Part shown: piece by piece, positions 10,517-20,000 of the stretch
Layout: each line of letters begins with the position of its first letter
How positions within the stretch are numbered: the first letter of the stretch is position 1
NCBI RefSeq assembly: GCF_001949145.1
Contig: NW_019091359.1
Location: 889,569 to 909,568, forward strand
Direction of reading: 5' to 3'
Origin: Acanthaster planci
Taxonomy: Eukaryota
DNA: 20,000 nucleotides
The notes under the pieces: generated by a model
Told to the model about the DNA's origin: nothing
Databases searched by the model: none
What the model saw: the letters and a program-made list of their open reading frames with translations, nothing else
Program-made: the position numbers and the translations under genes

Positions 10517-13500
10517 TAAGATTACTGCCGAAATATCTCGATACTCTTTATTTACAAACAGCCCTCCCGTTTGACCCCTGGATTTGTCAAACAGGAGAAC
10601 GTTCTGTTTAACAGGAAATCAACAGTTTCTGATTTTAAGACCCTACACATTTTTTCCCTCAATTATAAACGAATCATTAATTTGTAAACAACAATAACAA
10701 CAAGAAGATATTGTTATCAAAATCAAGGAGTTCAATTAGGCCTATGGTTCTTGCAGCCCACTCTGTGTACAAAAGCTATCAAGCACGAATTGTTCATAGG
10801 ATGTAAAAATTGCCAGTCACACCACTTTATGATGTTTTATGGAGATATAAAAAATGTTACAATTTTTTTGGTAGGTAGAAACATTTGCGACGATGTATCT
10901 CGTTATGTAGAACTGCATGTTATCAGCTCCAAGATGTCGACGACCTAAGCTTTTGTTTGGGCTTGCCTCTTCCAGCAAGGTGTCTGTTTTCGGAAGTGAA
11001 GTCGCGCAATATTATTGAAACCTCTGTCATGTGTCACAGTCTCTTGTTTGGAAAACACGTCGCAGTTTGTTAATAGAATGAAGACAACTCGAAAAGGATT
11101 TTTTTTTATTTTCCGCGTATCTGTTTAAATACGCTCAGCGTCGTGCATGGGGGAGAAGGGAAGATCAGCAAATAGCAGCAAAAATCGTTTTGTACATAAT
11201 TCTGACCAGACCTCTTCGTCAATGACGTTGACTGCCGTGCATAATTTTATAGGATGTTCCCATTTGCCAAGCATTGTACACATGCGCGCATACTTGAGTA
11301 CATTTTTGGTGAGTTCGTTAAACTTCAAAATCTCCCTACTCTTCTTTGAGTAATTCTTTGACAAACAGTTTACCTTTGTCATGTATCGAGTGACGAGTGG
11401 AACGTTGTAGGAACTTATACATGAGAATACACGAATTCAGTCTGAATAACATGTTTAGAGATGGATTGTGTTCAGCGATTGAACATTTAGGAATTGGCCA
11501 CGCAATGCTTGGCCCATAAATGTGTTTTACAAAATGATAGCAAGACTGTTTTTAATTGCTGCGAGTTACACAGAAGTAACCCAGAAGTCCCCCTTCAGGT
11601 TACTAAGCCATTAAGCTTTAGACCTACATTCTGAACATGTCAGAAATGTGACAAGACGCTGTCTAAAATGAGGCGGTCACACGAGGATCATAAAATTCTC
11701 CACTTTTAGGGGCTTGTGGATTTGACGCCGTCGCATGGACGTTTATTATCACTTCCATGGCATTTAACATTTTGCACATAAATATACATCGGCTGTTAGA
11801 TATCAAACTTGCCTTTCAAAATACACGCATGTTCACTGACTACGGTCGATAGCTTAATAAACAAAATAATCTCGATGCGACCTTTAAAATAATAAAGAGA
11901 GACACTGTGTTCCAGAAAGTGCAATAAAACTGGATATCTTTTAAAGCCCACCCAACGATTTCGACCCTACCTGCTTGGTTAAAGATACGATGTTGAAAGT
12001 TTAGCTAGTGACGTAACGTCAACAATTCGTGGGCCTTGGTTGCAAGTAAGCCATTTTGGACTGCGCCTCCCAGATTTCTTTGACTTATTTCACATTTCTA
12101 TTTACAAAGGTGCGCGCTCGTTTAGTTGATCAGGTTTCGTCTTCTCTCAATATCTTTCATTTTGGCTGCGACATGAAACTACTGAATATTAATGCCTCGG
12201 GTCGGTGAATCAGAGGAGGATGAGATGAGTCTGTCATTTAGCACTCTTGCATTCTTTCCATTTCTATTCATCATTAACCTTTAGAAAGTAATAAATCTGA
12301 AGGGATCTGCAGCTTATTCTTCAAAATGCCCGATTCGTACCGGTATTAGAGGCGCATTAATTGCTGATGAAATTCTAACGAATAACGGTTTCACTATAGG
12401 AAAATGACTCGCGATTTGACCTTTCTGAATAACGATAGAATACTGGCAGTGAGACAGCCGGTCTTCATCACTTCACATTCCGCAACTAACAATTTTCTCC
12501 TGCCGTACACCTCCAACCATAGATTTAATAAAAGTCTGCACATAAAAAGTACTTTAACTTTGCCGGTTTCTGAGATTCTAAATTACACCAACAGGCAATT
12601 TGCTCCATTTTCCACCAAAATTATCACCAAATTAAAGATGACTGAAGTCTGACAAGCAAAGTCTTGTGGCCTAGCTGTTTGTTTTGATGCACGAATTCAT
12701 GGCCGTCCACGGTCGAGCCCATAATACTCGACCGAGTCTCATTTTACGGCCGTTAAGAATGTTCTCGTTTTAATGTTGGCCATATTGAGTACCATTTCTT
12801 GAGTGTGAAAAAAATACTTAGCGTTTGGTGAAGTATTTGTTTATCATTACCGGTTGAAATTGTTGCACTTTGAAATGTGTGTCACGGGAAGGTAGGCACG
12901 TTTTGCTGTCGTAAGCTCGACTGAGGGCGCCGCGCCTGATAAATCACCTGGAAAGTTACTGCGCAACACCGGGGAGCAGATAAAGCCTTCACGTTGATCG
13001 TGGTGTCACCAACAGACTTTTTAAAAATTGTCTTGGAATATGCTGTGACTAAAAACACTTGTTGGTACCCGTTTTAAAGCTAGTCATCTCACGGCAAAGG
13101 GGTTATTGGTGAATTGGATCACAGCCAACGATACTAAAAAGAAAAAAAGGCCTAAAATAGGCAAGGCACTAAATCACTAGAGGAGGCCCGTCGTCTAGGG
13201 TTGTTTTCATACACTCAATTATTTCCAGGGCTCATTATTTTTCAGCAAGAAAGTTGAAGTCGCTGTCATTTTCGTCCTTTTCTTTGGAATGTCTGTCACT
13301 AACCTGGCGCCACTGCAGGCTAAAAACTATTGACTTTTGTCGCTCACGTGAAGAGAAATATGTCTGAAAAGCTGGTCAAAACCGTATTTTCAAATGATAT
13401 GTTTGCCGTTTATCGACCCGCTGAACTTGACTTTTTAACCAACCTTTTTAACTTGTGTGAAAGTATGGTGGTGTTTGGAATGCGATTGCACGACATCATC

Positions 13501-15307
13501 AGGAACCCTATTCAATTCTGGATTCTTATAGCCTTCATTAATTTTAGACTCTAACCAATTCGCATTCGATTTCCGAAACGCCCATCGCACTTCTTTGTTT
13601 TACAGTCGAGTTAAGAAGTGACATCATTACGTTTTAAAATCACAATATATTCAGCACTAAATTTGTACGCCCTGCATGGTATTGGCGCCCAATGCGCTGC
13701 ATCACTTTTACCCCTGCTCGTCTGACCCATAAACATTCCTGAAATCCAACTCAGTTCCCTAAGGAATGCAGCACGTCGGTCGCTGCCATCTCGGCCCTCA
13801 CGGATACCAGTACACTTATTATACACTCCCAGAAGGAAGGGACTTATACACAGTTTGTTGAGGGCTATCCGTAAGTTACCCATTGCTGTTTTGTTTGACA
13901 CAACAGTCCTCAATCCTGTCTTATGGTCTAGTACACATATAATCTTGCGGATTTTTTTTCAGTTTGATTGCGTTGTGAACTTTGAAAGTATAAATGCACA
14001 GTATAATTTCAGATCAATTCTCAAAATGAACGAGTCCAAAATGGAACAAACCGTCACTGAAGAATATTGATCTCGGCTTCAACCAGTGGTGAGAACCACG
14101 GAAATGAGAAATGAAATACTGTACAGGATCTAAAAGGCAAACATGGTAATTAGCCTACACATCAAAGCATTGGACACTAAAATAAATCTGAATTAATAAA
14201 AAACTGTTCACCGGTAATTACGACGGCTGGCCAAATACAGTGAGTTGGACGGCATTGCTGAGATATCTCCTGCACGACTCGTTATTGATACATGGGCCCA
14301 AACCCCGCCGGCTATAAATCAAGATGGCGTCTGATGGACCGAAGATGCTATTTTATGCCTCGTGTGACAGTTATACGGTGCATACTACAAATTCAACCCA
14401 AGCGAGGCTTTTCACTTAATGGCATTCGAAATTTTTAATTAAACATTTCGACAGTAAAATCTTGAACTAATAAAAAAGGATTGCTCGGTTGATATCACGG
14501 TGAGAATGAATGTAAATGGATGCCGTGGTTATCTCATTGTACCGGTATGCGAAACTTGCACAACCGAAAAGGAATTGAATCCGTTGCCGCTAACGATACC
14601 CACAAATTCACATGTCCAAGTTTTCAACCGAAGGGACCCGGGAAGTTTGCCTCCTTACAGTCAGTGAGTTTCAGTCCATCTTCCCGGCCTGGAGTCTCGG
14701 TCACGCGGAGTGATATCGCACCGAAACTTCATGTACTCAGACAGCCACAGTTTTCAGAGACCGTTTGTAAACTCGAGAACAGCGTTTTTGGCTATCGGCA
14801 TACAGTCGCACACACCTTTTCCTGTGTGTTGTCATTTTGAAAAGATGTTATTTTGCGTTAGCCTGACAATTTGCAAGAACAGCCGATCGGAAATGCCGTG
14901 AAAATGTGCGCACGACATTAGCTCGATATTTGAAGAGATTTCGGTTTTAGAATCGCTGGTTAGAATGCGTACAGGTTTCTGTGGTAAAGTCCTTGCTATA
15001 CGGAAGCTATTTTAAATCTCTAACACACACCAGTAAGTTACGTGATCAGCAGGCTCTGCAAGAGCCCCCCCCCCACCGATGAGGATTATTTTTTTTGTCA
15101 ATTAGAGCGAAGATATTAAGTGTCGTAAATGGAGGTTTTTGTACGAACAGAGCCATTTCGCAGAGGAAATTGTTTCTGAGCAGCTATTCTGACTTACTTG
15201 TTTTGACCACCCTCCCCCCCAAAAAAGGGTCTGGATCCGGTCTTGTTAGAATTCAACTCAACTTTTCAAAAGCACAGGTCTAACTCCAATACGGGCGTTT
15301 CAGAATA

Positions 15308-15440
15308 GCGCCTCCAAGAGTTTGCAACGCGTTGGCCAATCACAATACGCAAAATCTGTCGACCCACGAGCACGTTTGGAAAAGGTCGAAAGATTTCACG
15401 CGTTGTGATTAGCCAACGTGTTGCAAACTCTTGGAGGCGC
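15308..15440. repeat. Long inverted repeat (foldback/MITE-like)
   Basis: 57-nt arms 15308-15364 and 15384-15440 match at 50/57 with no gaps and a 19-nt spacer. The outer 21 bp are perfect. Confidence 0.9.
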
Positions 15441-15512
15441 AACATTCGCTCTTTGCACAACCTTGACTCGTTAGGCTGCGTGCGCTTTCCTCCACTAGCC
15501 CATGGTCGTGTC

Positions 15513-15900
15513 CGGTTCGTAAGTGTGACGTCAGTTTAGTTTAAACCACGCCCAGTGCACATGCACTGCACATAGAGTTATCATGCATTGTGTGCCGTAT
15601 ACATGGAACTTTGGAACCGGAAGTTAACACGCAACTTCAGCGATCGTCCAATAGGAGCCTGCAAATCGTGGCGCGTCCATCTTTGTGGCGAAGGCACTTA
15701 CGAACCGTGTAATATACGAAAATGACGCTGACTGGCTATTCAGGATGAAAAGACATAAACATAAAGTCGATCGTGCGTCCACGTATTCGCTTGCATGTCA
15801 CGCACGCGTAAATCTGCGTCGGGCATACTGAACCATGGAACTGGAAGTTAACGTGCAACTTCTGCGCGTCCATCTTTGTGACGAAGTCACTTACGAACCG
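15513..15900. repeat. Direct repeat pair with inverted terminal motif (degenerate non-autonomous transposon-like cluster)
   Basis: 15612-15707 and 15836-15900 share tggaacYggaagttaac..gcaacttc and gcgcgtccatctttgtgRcgaagKcacttacgaaccg. The terminal 13-mer CACTTACGAACCG is present in reverse complement at 15513-15525. Confidence 0.75.
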
Positions 15901-16040
15901 CATGTAGAGCCTCGCTCTGGCAGCTTGTATAATCGCATGGTATAAGAGCTGACGCAGCACGCGCAGATATACTGAGCAACATACTTGGGAATCACTGAAC
16001 CGGCTTGTGTAAAAATCGATAATATCTGAACTGAATCTGC

Positions 16041-16080
16041 TTGCCCTGAAGAAGGTTCTCAGTTACCGAAAGCTCGGCAA
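16041..16080 (+). ncRNA. Minimal type I hammerhead ribozyme motif (Penelope-like element type)
   Basis: TTGCC-CTGAAGA-A-GGT(tctcagtt)ACC-GAAA-GCTC-GGCAA. Stem I is TTGCC/GGCAA, the core is CUGANGA plus GAAA, stem II is GGT/ACC, and a palindromic AGCT replaces stem III. NUH triplet is CUC. Confidence 0.72.
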
Positions 16081-16901
16081 TCACATATTTCAGAGCACTG
16101 ATTTGATATTATATTCTCGTCGATATTGTGTAAAGATCGAGACCGCGGCTCTGCATGCCTATGGCGGCAGCGTGTAAAGAACGAATAATACCTATTCTTC
16201 AGCGTGGTTTGTAGTTCAACTTTTGTTCTTCAACTATTAATCGATACCAAAATTAGAAATCAGAATTACTGTCAGACGTGCAGTTTTCATCTTGTGTCCG
16301 GCACTTCACGGAGGTTTCTCACAATTGCTACAATTTATTTCCAATTAGGAGCAAGGTGCACTCTGAAGACGTCACGTCAACCCGCTTTGCGCTGATCATT
16401 AATTTTGTGAACTGGACCACCACACCGGTGTGGTCTCGCACCCCGCCTGCCTGCAGCTAGCCAAACGCGAACGGCTGCCGTGCGCGATGCTTCACCAGAG
16501 GACATAAAAGTCACCACGCATTAAATCATGGTGCCGTATTTATCACGCGATGTCTTCTCATAAAACTTGGATCTGTTCTTTCATCACGGCCGGTGTCTAC
16601 GGGGCTTGACCCTTCACACAGAGCACACAACAGCTGGGTCAGATGATTGTGGTTGAAAAAACACGAAGAAAAGAATATTTTTTGATCTCTTACCGAAGAG
16701 GGCGCCCTTGAAGCTTCTGGTGTTACGTCTCCTAGATGCCCTCAACACGATAAGTCCGTCCGTCAGCTTAGGCCTTTATGGGAAACAAAGAAGACATTTG
16801 CATAATTTTAAACAATTTAATGCCCCTTCGGGAAACCAGACCTCTTAACTAGTAGAGTCTATTTATGCGCAACTGACTTTGTTCCTCCCTTTAATCTGCA
16901 G

Positions 16902-17185
16902 GGATGAGAGAGACAGCCTTCTTGTACGCCATCTCCTCGGCCGGACTAACCCACGCCATTGCCAAGGCCTGCAGCCAAGGCATCATGGAGCGGTGCTCTT
17001 GCGACACCAGTTACTACTCTGAGGAGGACAACCGGGAAGCATGGAAGTGGGGCGGCTGTGGTGATAACCTCAAGTACAGTCAACGCTTCGTGGATCGGTT
17101 CCTCATGCCCAAGAAAGGCGGTCAGCCTCAGATCCGAGACGTGAGGGCCCAGGTGGACAGGCACAACACGCACTTGGGGATCAGG
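16902..17185 (+). CDS. Wnt9: Wnt9-like gene, coding exon 3
   Basis: Acceptor ttcctccctttaatctgcag|GG (phase 1, completing Gly), donor AGG|gtgagt. Encodes [26 protein letters not shown]...CSCD...[15 protein letters not shown]...[11 protein letters not shown]. The spliced [22 protein letters not shown] is the Wnt9-type version of this motif. Confidence 0.96.
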
Positions 17186-17312
17186 GTGAGTCCAAGATGA
17201 ACTGTAGACAGTCCTTAGTTTTTTTGGACCTGCGTTTGATCCAGAAGCTTGCATTTAAAAGAGCAGATATCCAGTGAATAAGCTACTTCTGTTCCTGTTG
17301 TTCATTATACAG
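17186..17312 (+). other. Wnt9 intron 3 (127 nt, phase 0)
   Basis: gtgagt...tacag boundaries, in-frame stop inside the intron at 17198-17200. Confidence 0.93.
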
Positions 17313-17837
17313 GTGGTGGAAGGGAGCGCGAGGAAAGTGTGTAAATGTCACGGGGTGTCGGGATCCTGCACGTCCGAGACGTGTTGGCACCAGCTGGGCC
17401 GACTGCAGGAGACAAGCAAACTCCTGAAGAACAAATACGACCGCGCGGTCAAGGTGGAGCTGGCCAATACGGCGCATGGCGAGTACGAACTGGTCAGGCA
17501 CGTCAAGAAGAGACGCAAACCGTCCAGAGCCACTGTCCTCCCCGCGACCGTCCAGGGCGATTCAACCGACGGTGGAGCGAAACAGCCGGGACCAAGGAAA
17601 ACCGACCTAGTGTACATTGACCGGTCGCCCAACTTCTGCGACGCCAGCCCGTACTCGCCGGGCACTCGGAGCCGGCAATGTGACAAGAACACCAACTGCG
17701 ACAGTATCTGCTGCGGTAGAGGCTACAACATACGGAGCCTGCTAGTCACCAGGCGATGTGACTGCAAGTTCCGATGGTGCTGTGAGGTCATCTGCAATGA
17801 ATGCACCACCAGGGAAGAGATCCAGCTCTGTAAATGA
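17313..17837 (+). CDS. Wnt9: Wnt9-like gene, coding exon 4 (to TGA stop)
   Basis: Acceptor ttcattatacag|GTG (phase 0). Contains CKCHGVSGSC (lipidated Ser, codon 17358-17360), ETCW, DLVYIDRSPNFC, CDSICCGRGYN and CDCKFRWCCEVICNEC...LCK*. Exon lengths 104+224+284+525=1137 nt = 378 aa + stop. Confidence 0.97.
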   Translation: MVEGSARKVCKCHGVSGSCTSETCWHQLGRLQETSKLLKNKYDRAVKVELANTAHGEYELVRHVKKRRKPSRATVLPATVQGDSTDGGAKQPGPRKTDLVYIDRSPNFCDASPYSPGTRSRQCDKNTNCDSICCGRGYNIRSLLVTRRCDCKFRWCCEVICNECTTREEIQLCK

Positions 17838-19810
17838 CTGGACGCGAAAGATAAACTGCTCTTCTCCCCCGCATTTTGCCCAGAACTCCTCAGCTAATAA
17901 TTGGATTTGCTTCAGGAACTTGCAGTGCTCTTGAAAATGCTGCCAAATGTTAGCCTGCATATCATCGCCGAGGTCCAATTTTTCCAGTAAAAAAGTATCT
18001 GACACTACCAGCCAGTAATGCACCTTGCAACTGCAATCGTAACAAGTGAGAGCGAAGCAAACACAGTGCATTCTGCACCTGCACTTGGACAAAACTGAGA
18101 AATTGCCCAAGTAAACGGCCTTCTCGACACTGGGCAGTAAAGGGGCCATATTTAGCTTGATCTCCGTTTTACTTTAGCGTCGCGTCCCCGGCAATTCAGA
18201 CCAGTGGTGTTTTGGGGACGAACATTTGATAACAGTGACCCCACGATATAAAAGAACAACCATAATAATGGGGAAATAAAATCCTTAGAAAAGGCTTCCA
18301 ATCAGTTGATCAGATATGTTTGTCTCGCTTTATCAAGAGATATTATGTAACTGGCCAGTGTCCTTTCTTTAGTTATACATACATTTCCTCTTCGTCTGTT
18401 GTCCGAGTTGTGCTCAGCGAAGACTTGCCTTCGTAAAAAGCATGCTCATAAAGTTAGTCTTATGTCAGAAACTTTGTGTATTTGCGATCGTGCGCCAGCC
18501 AATGCCACAGTAGGGCGCTATTGCAACCTAACGGACGGTGACGTCCTCCTCAATCTCTAACATCCTGGATGGAATAACGCCCTCTCTCGTTATTAATAAA
18601 ACAGTCAGTGTTCAAGGTCAGGAGTTACGAACTATGCACGTGAGGACTTGACGAAGATTACATGTTGACAAGACTAAACTTCATGCGCTGATAACGATTA
18701 TAACTGCGTGACTGTTGGTGTTCAAACATGAAATACAAAGTTCGTTTCATGTGCCTTTTGTGCTTGGTGTGTAGCATTTTATTTGACGTTACGTTTGAGG
18801 GCAAGTTGTTTCCATGTAATAATGTATGCGAGTTCGGATCCAGAACCAACCTTTTTTGAGGGAGTGCAAAAATGGGAAATCTTTATTGGGTCTGTTCTTT
18901 TGACGTTATACAGTCGTATTCGTCCTACAAGTGGCTGCTAAAACTATAGTAGGCCATCGGTAAAAATGGGTAATTCACAGAGTGTTAAAACTCCCAGGCT
19001 GCTACCAGAACACCAGATAATAATACACGTTCCACTGATGGAAAATACAACCCTATGGGATAAACTGTCCATATTGAACGAATTTGAGGTAAAATCGAAA
19101 ACCAACCAAAAGGTGGTATTTCTGCAAACTTGGGCTGCCCGTACAAGTACAAACTTTGGATGGGGATATATTTGGGAGCTCTTTTACACTCTTTGAAGGG
19201 GAAGGGAAAAGAAATAGCCCCCTCGCCTGTCATTGTGTTAAAAAACGTCCACCACCCCCCCCTTTGGTGGGGACGGCCCCCCTTGATCCGCTAATGTATG
19301 CAAAAGCATTTGTTACCTGTGCGTTGTCCATGGATTAACAGCAAAGGAGTTTATTGCAGTGGGGGGGGGGCAACCCAAATGGAACGTGAATTCCTTTGCG
19401 CAACAGGTAAAAAAAATGGACGGCATGTCACAACACTCGTTATTCACAATGCCATCCTCCCCCGAAAGGAGAGTTCTTCGGACGCTGAACTTCCCTTGAA
19501 GGTTTCAAATAATAAACCGTCAGTCCCGTATCTGTAATTGTCTTTATTGTGCTATCAAAAACCAGTAACCAAAATATACAAGGCTTTAATATTCTCTAAG
19601 CTAACACACAAAATTATGTACTTGCTGAAGACGCTGATTTGTGTTCGGTAGAGTTTGTACATTATTTCGTAAATAAATAATTTAAACATGTAAATACAAA
19701 CTTGAGTGATACGCCATTTTGTGTATATAACTGATATGTTTTTGTAATAACTGCCGCATCATTGTACATTTTCTGTAGCTGTACTCCCTACTTGCGTGAA
19801 CTAAAAATCA

Positions 19811-19816
19811 AATAAA
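19811..19816 (+). terminator. Candidate polyadenylation signal of the Wnt9 transcript
   Basis: AATAAA at the end of an AT-rich, TGTA-rich stretch, followed by a U/GU-rich tract (ttttgtctgtttttt, ~19845-19859). Other AATAAA hexamers occur at ~18275, 18595, ~19511 and ~19672. Confidence 0.45.
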
Positions 19817-20000
19817 GCTTTCTGTTGAATGCATTTGGGTCCAATTTTGTCTGTTTTTTACATTACCATTCCAAAATACATTTAATGGCAATTACGGCAC
19901 ACTGTTATGTATACTACAAAATGTATCGGTGCTTGGTACGGCTTCCCAAGCATTTCTCTCAACCGTTTCCTCAATGTAAAACAAACCTTTGGAATAAAAA

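Larger units (their letters stand above)
3078..16901 (+). other. Wnt9 intron 2 (13,824 nt, phase 1)
   Basis: GT...AG boundaries. Protein homology is continuous across the junction (LLKR-G-MRETAF), so no coding exon is missing. Confidence 0.92.

Noticed and set aside
7390..11160. Short inverted match cccttcccccatgcac (~7392-7407) versus gtgcatgggggagaaggg (11143-11160) as possible transposon termini
   Set aside because: Only ~16 nt with an indel, low complexity, no target duplication and no transposase ORF between them.
12699..12753. Nested small hairpin (CGGTCGAG/CTCGACCG inside GGCCGT/ACGGCC)
   Set aside because: Short stems with an asymmetric interior and no recognisable RNA family.
412..16402. 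Recurring TCATTAA/TTAATGA homeodomain-type sites and scattered WWCAAAG TCF sites
   Set aside because: Counts are about what chance gives in 20 kb of AT-rich DNA.
17274..17312. ORF-track N-terminus 'MNKLLLFLLFIIQ' looks like a signal peptide for a stand-alone C-terminal Wnt fragment
   Set aside because: It starts at GTG and is simply the translated polypyrimidine tract and acceptor of intron 3.
1..20000. Prokaryotic systems (CRISPR array, operons, IS elements) or an autonomous transposon ORF
   Set aside because: The DNA is intron-containing eukaryotic sequence. No regularly spaced repeats and no RT or transposase ORF were seen.

Overview
Eukaryotic (metazoan, probably marine invertebrate) genomic DNA containing one complete four-exon Wnt ligand gene on the + strand, best matching the Wnt9 subfamily. 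Coding exons are 147-250, 2854-3077, 16902-17185 and 17313-17837, which splice in frame via GT-AG introns of phase 2/1/0 to 378 aa with a signal peptide and 24 Cys. Exon 1 is missed by the ORF track, and the other listed ORFs look spurious. The 13.8 kb second intron holds a tRNA-derived SINE, two foldback/MITE-like elements and a small direct/inverted repeat cluster. It also holds, most notably, a sense-strand minimal type I hammerhead ribozyme motif of the kind associated with Penelope-like retroelements (16041-16080). Two tandem uORFs sit immediately upstream of the Wnt ATG, the second with its stop overlapping the start codon. Regulatory-site calls are motif-level only.
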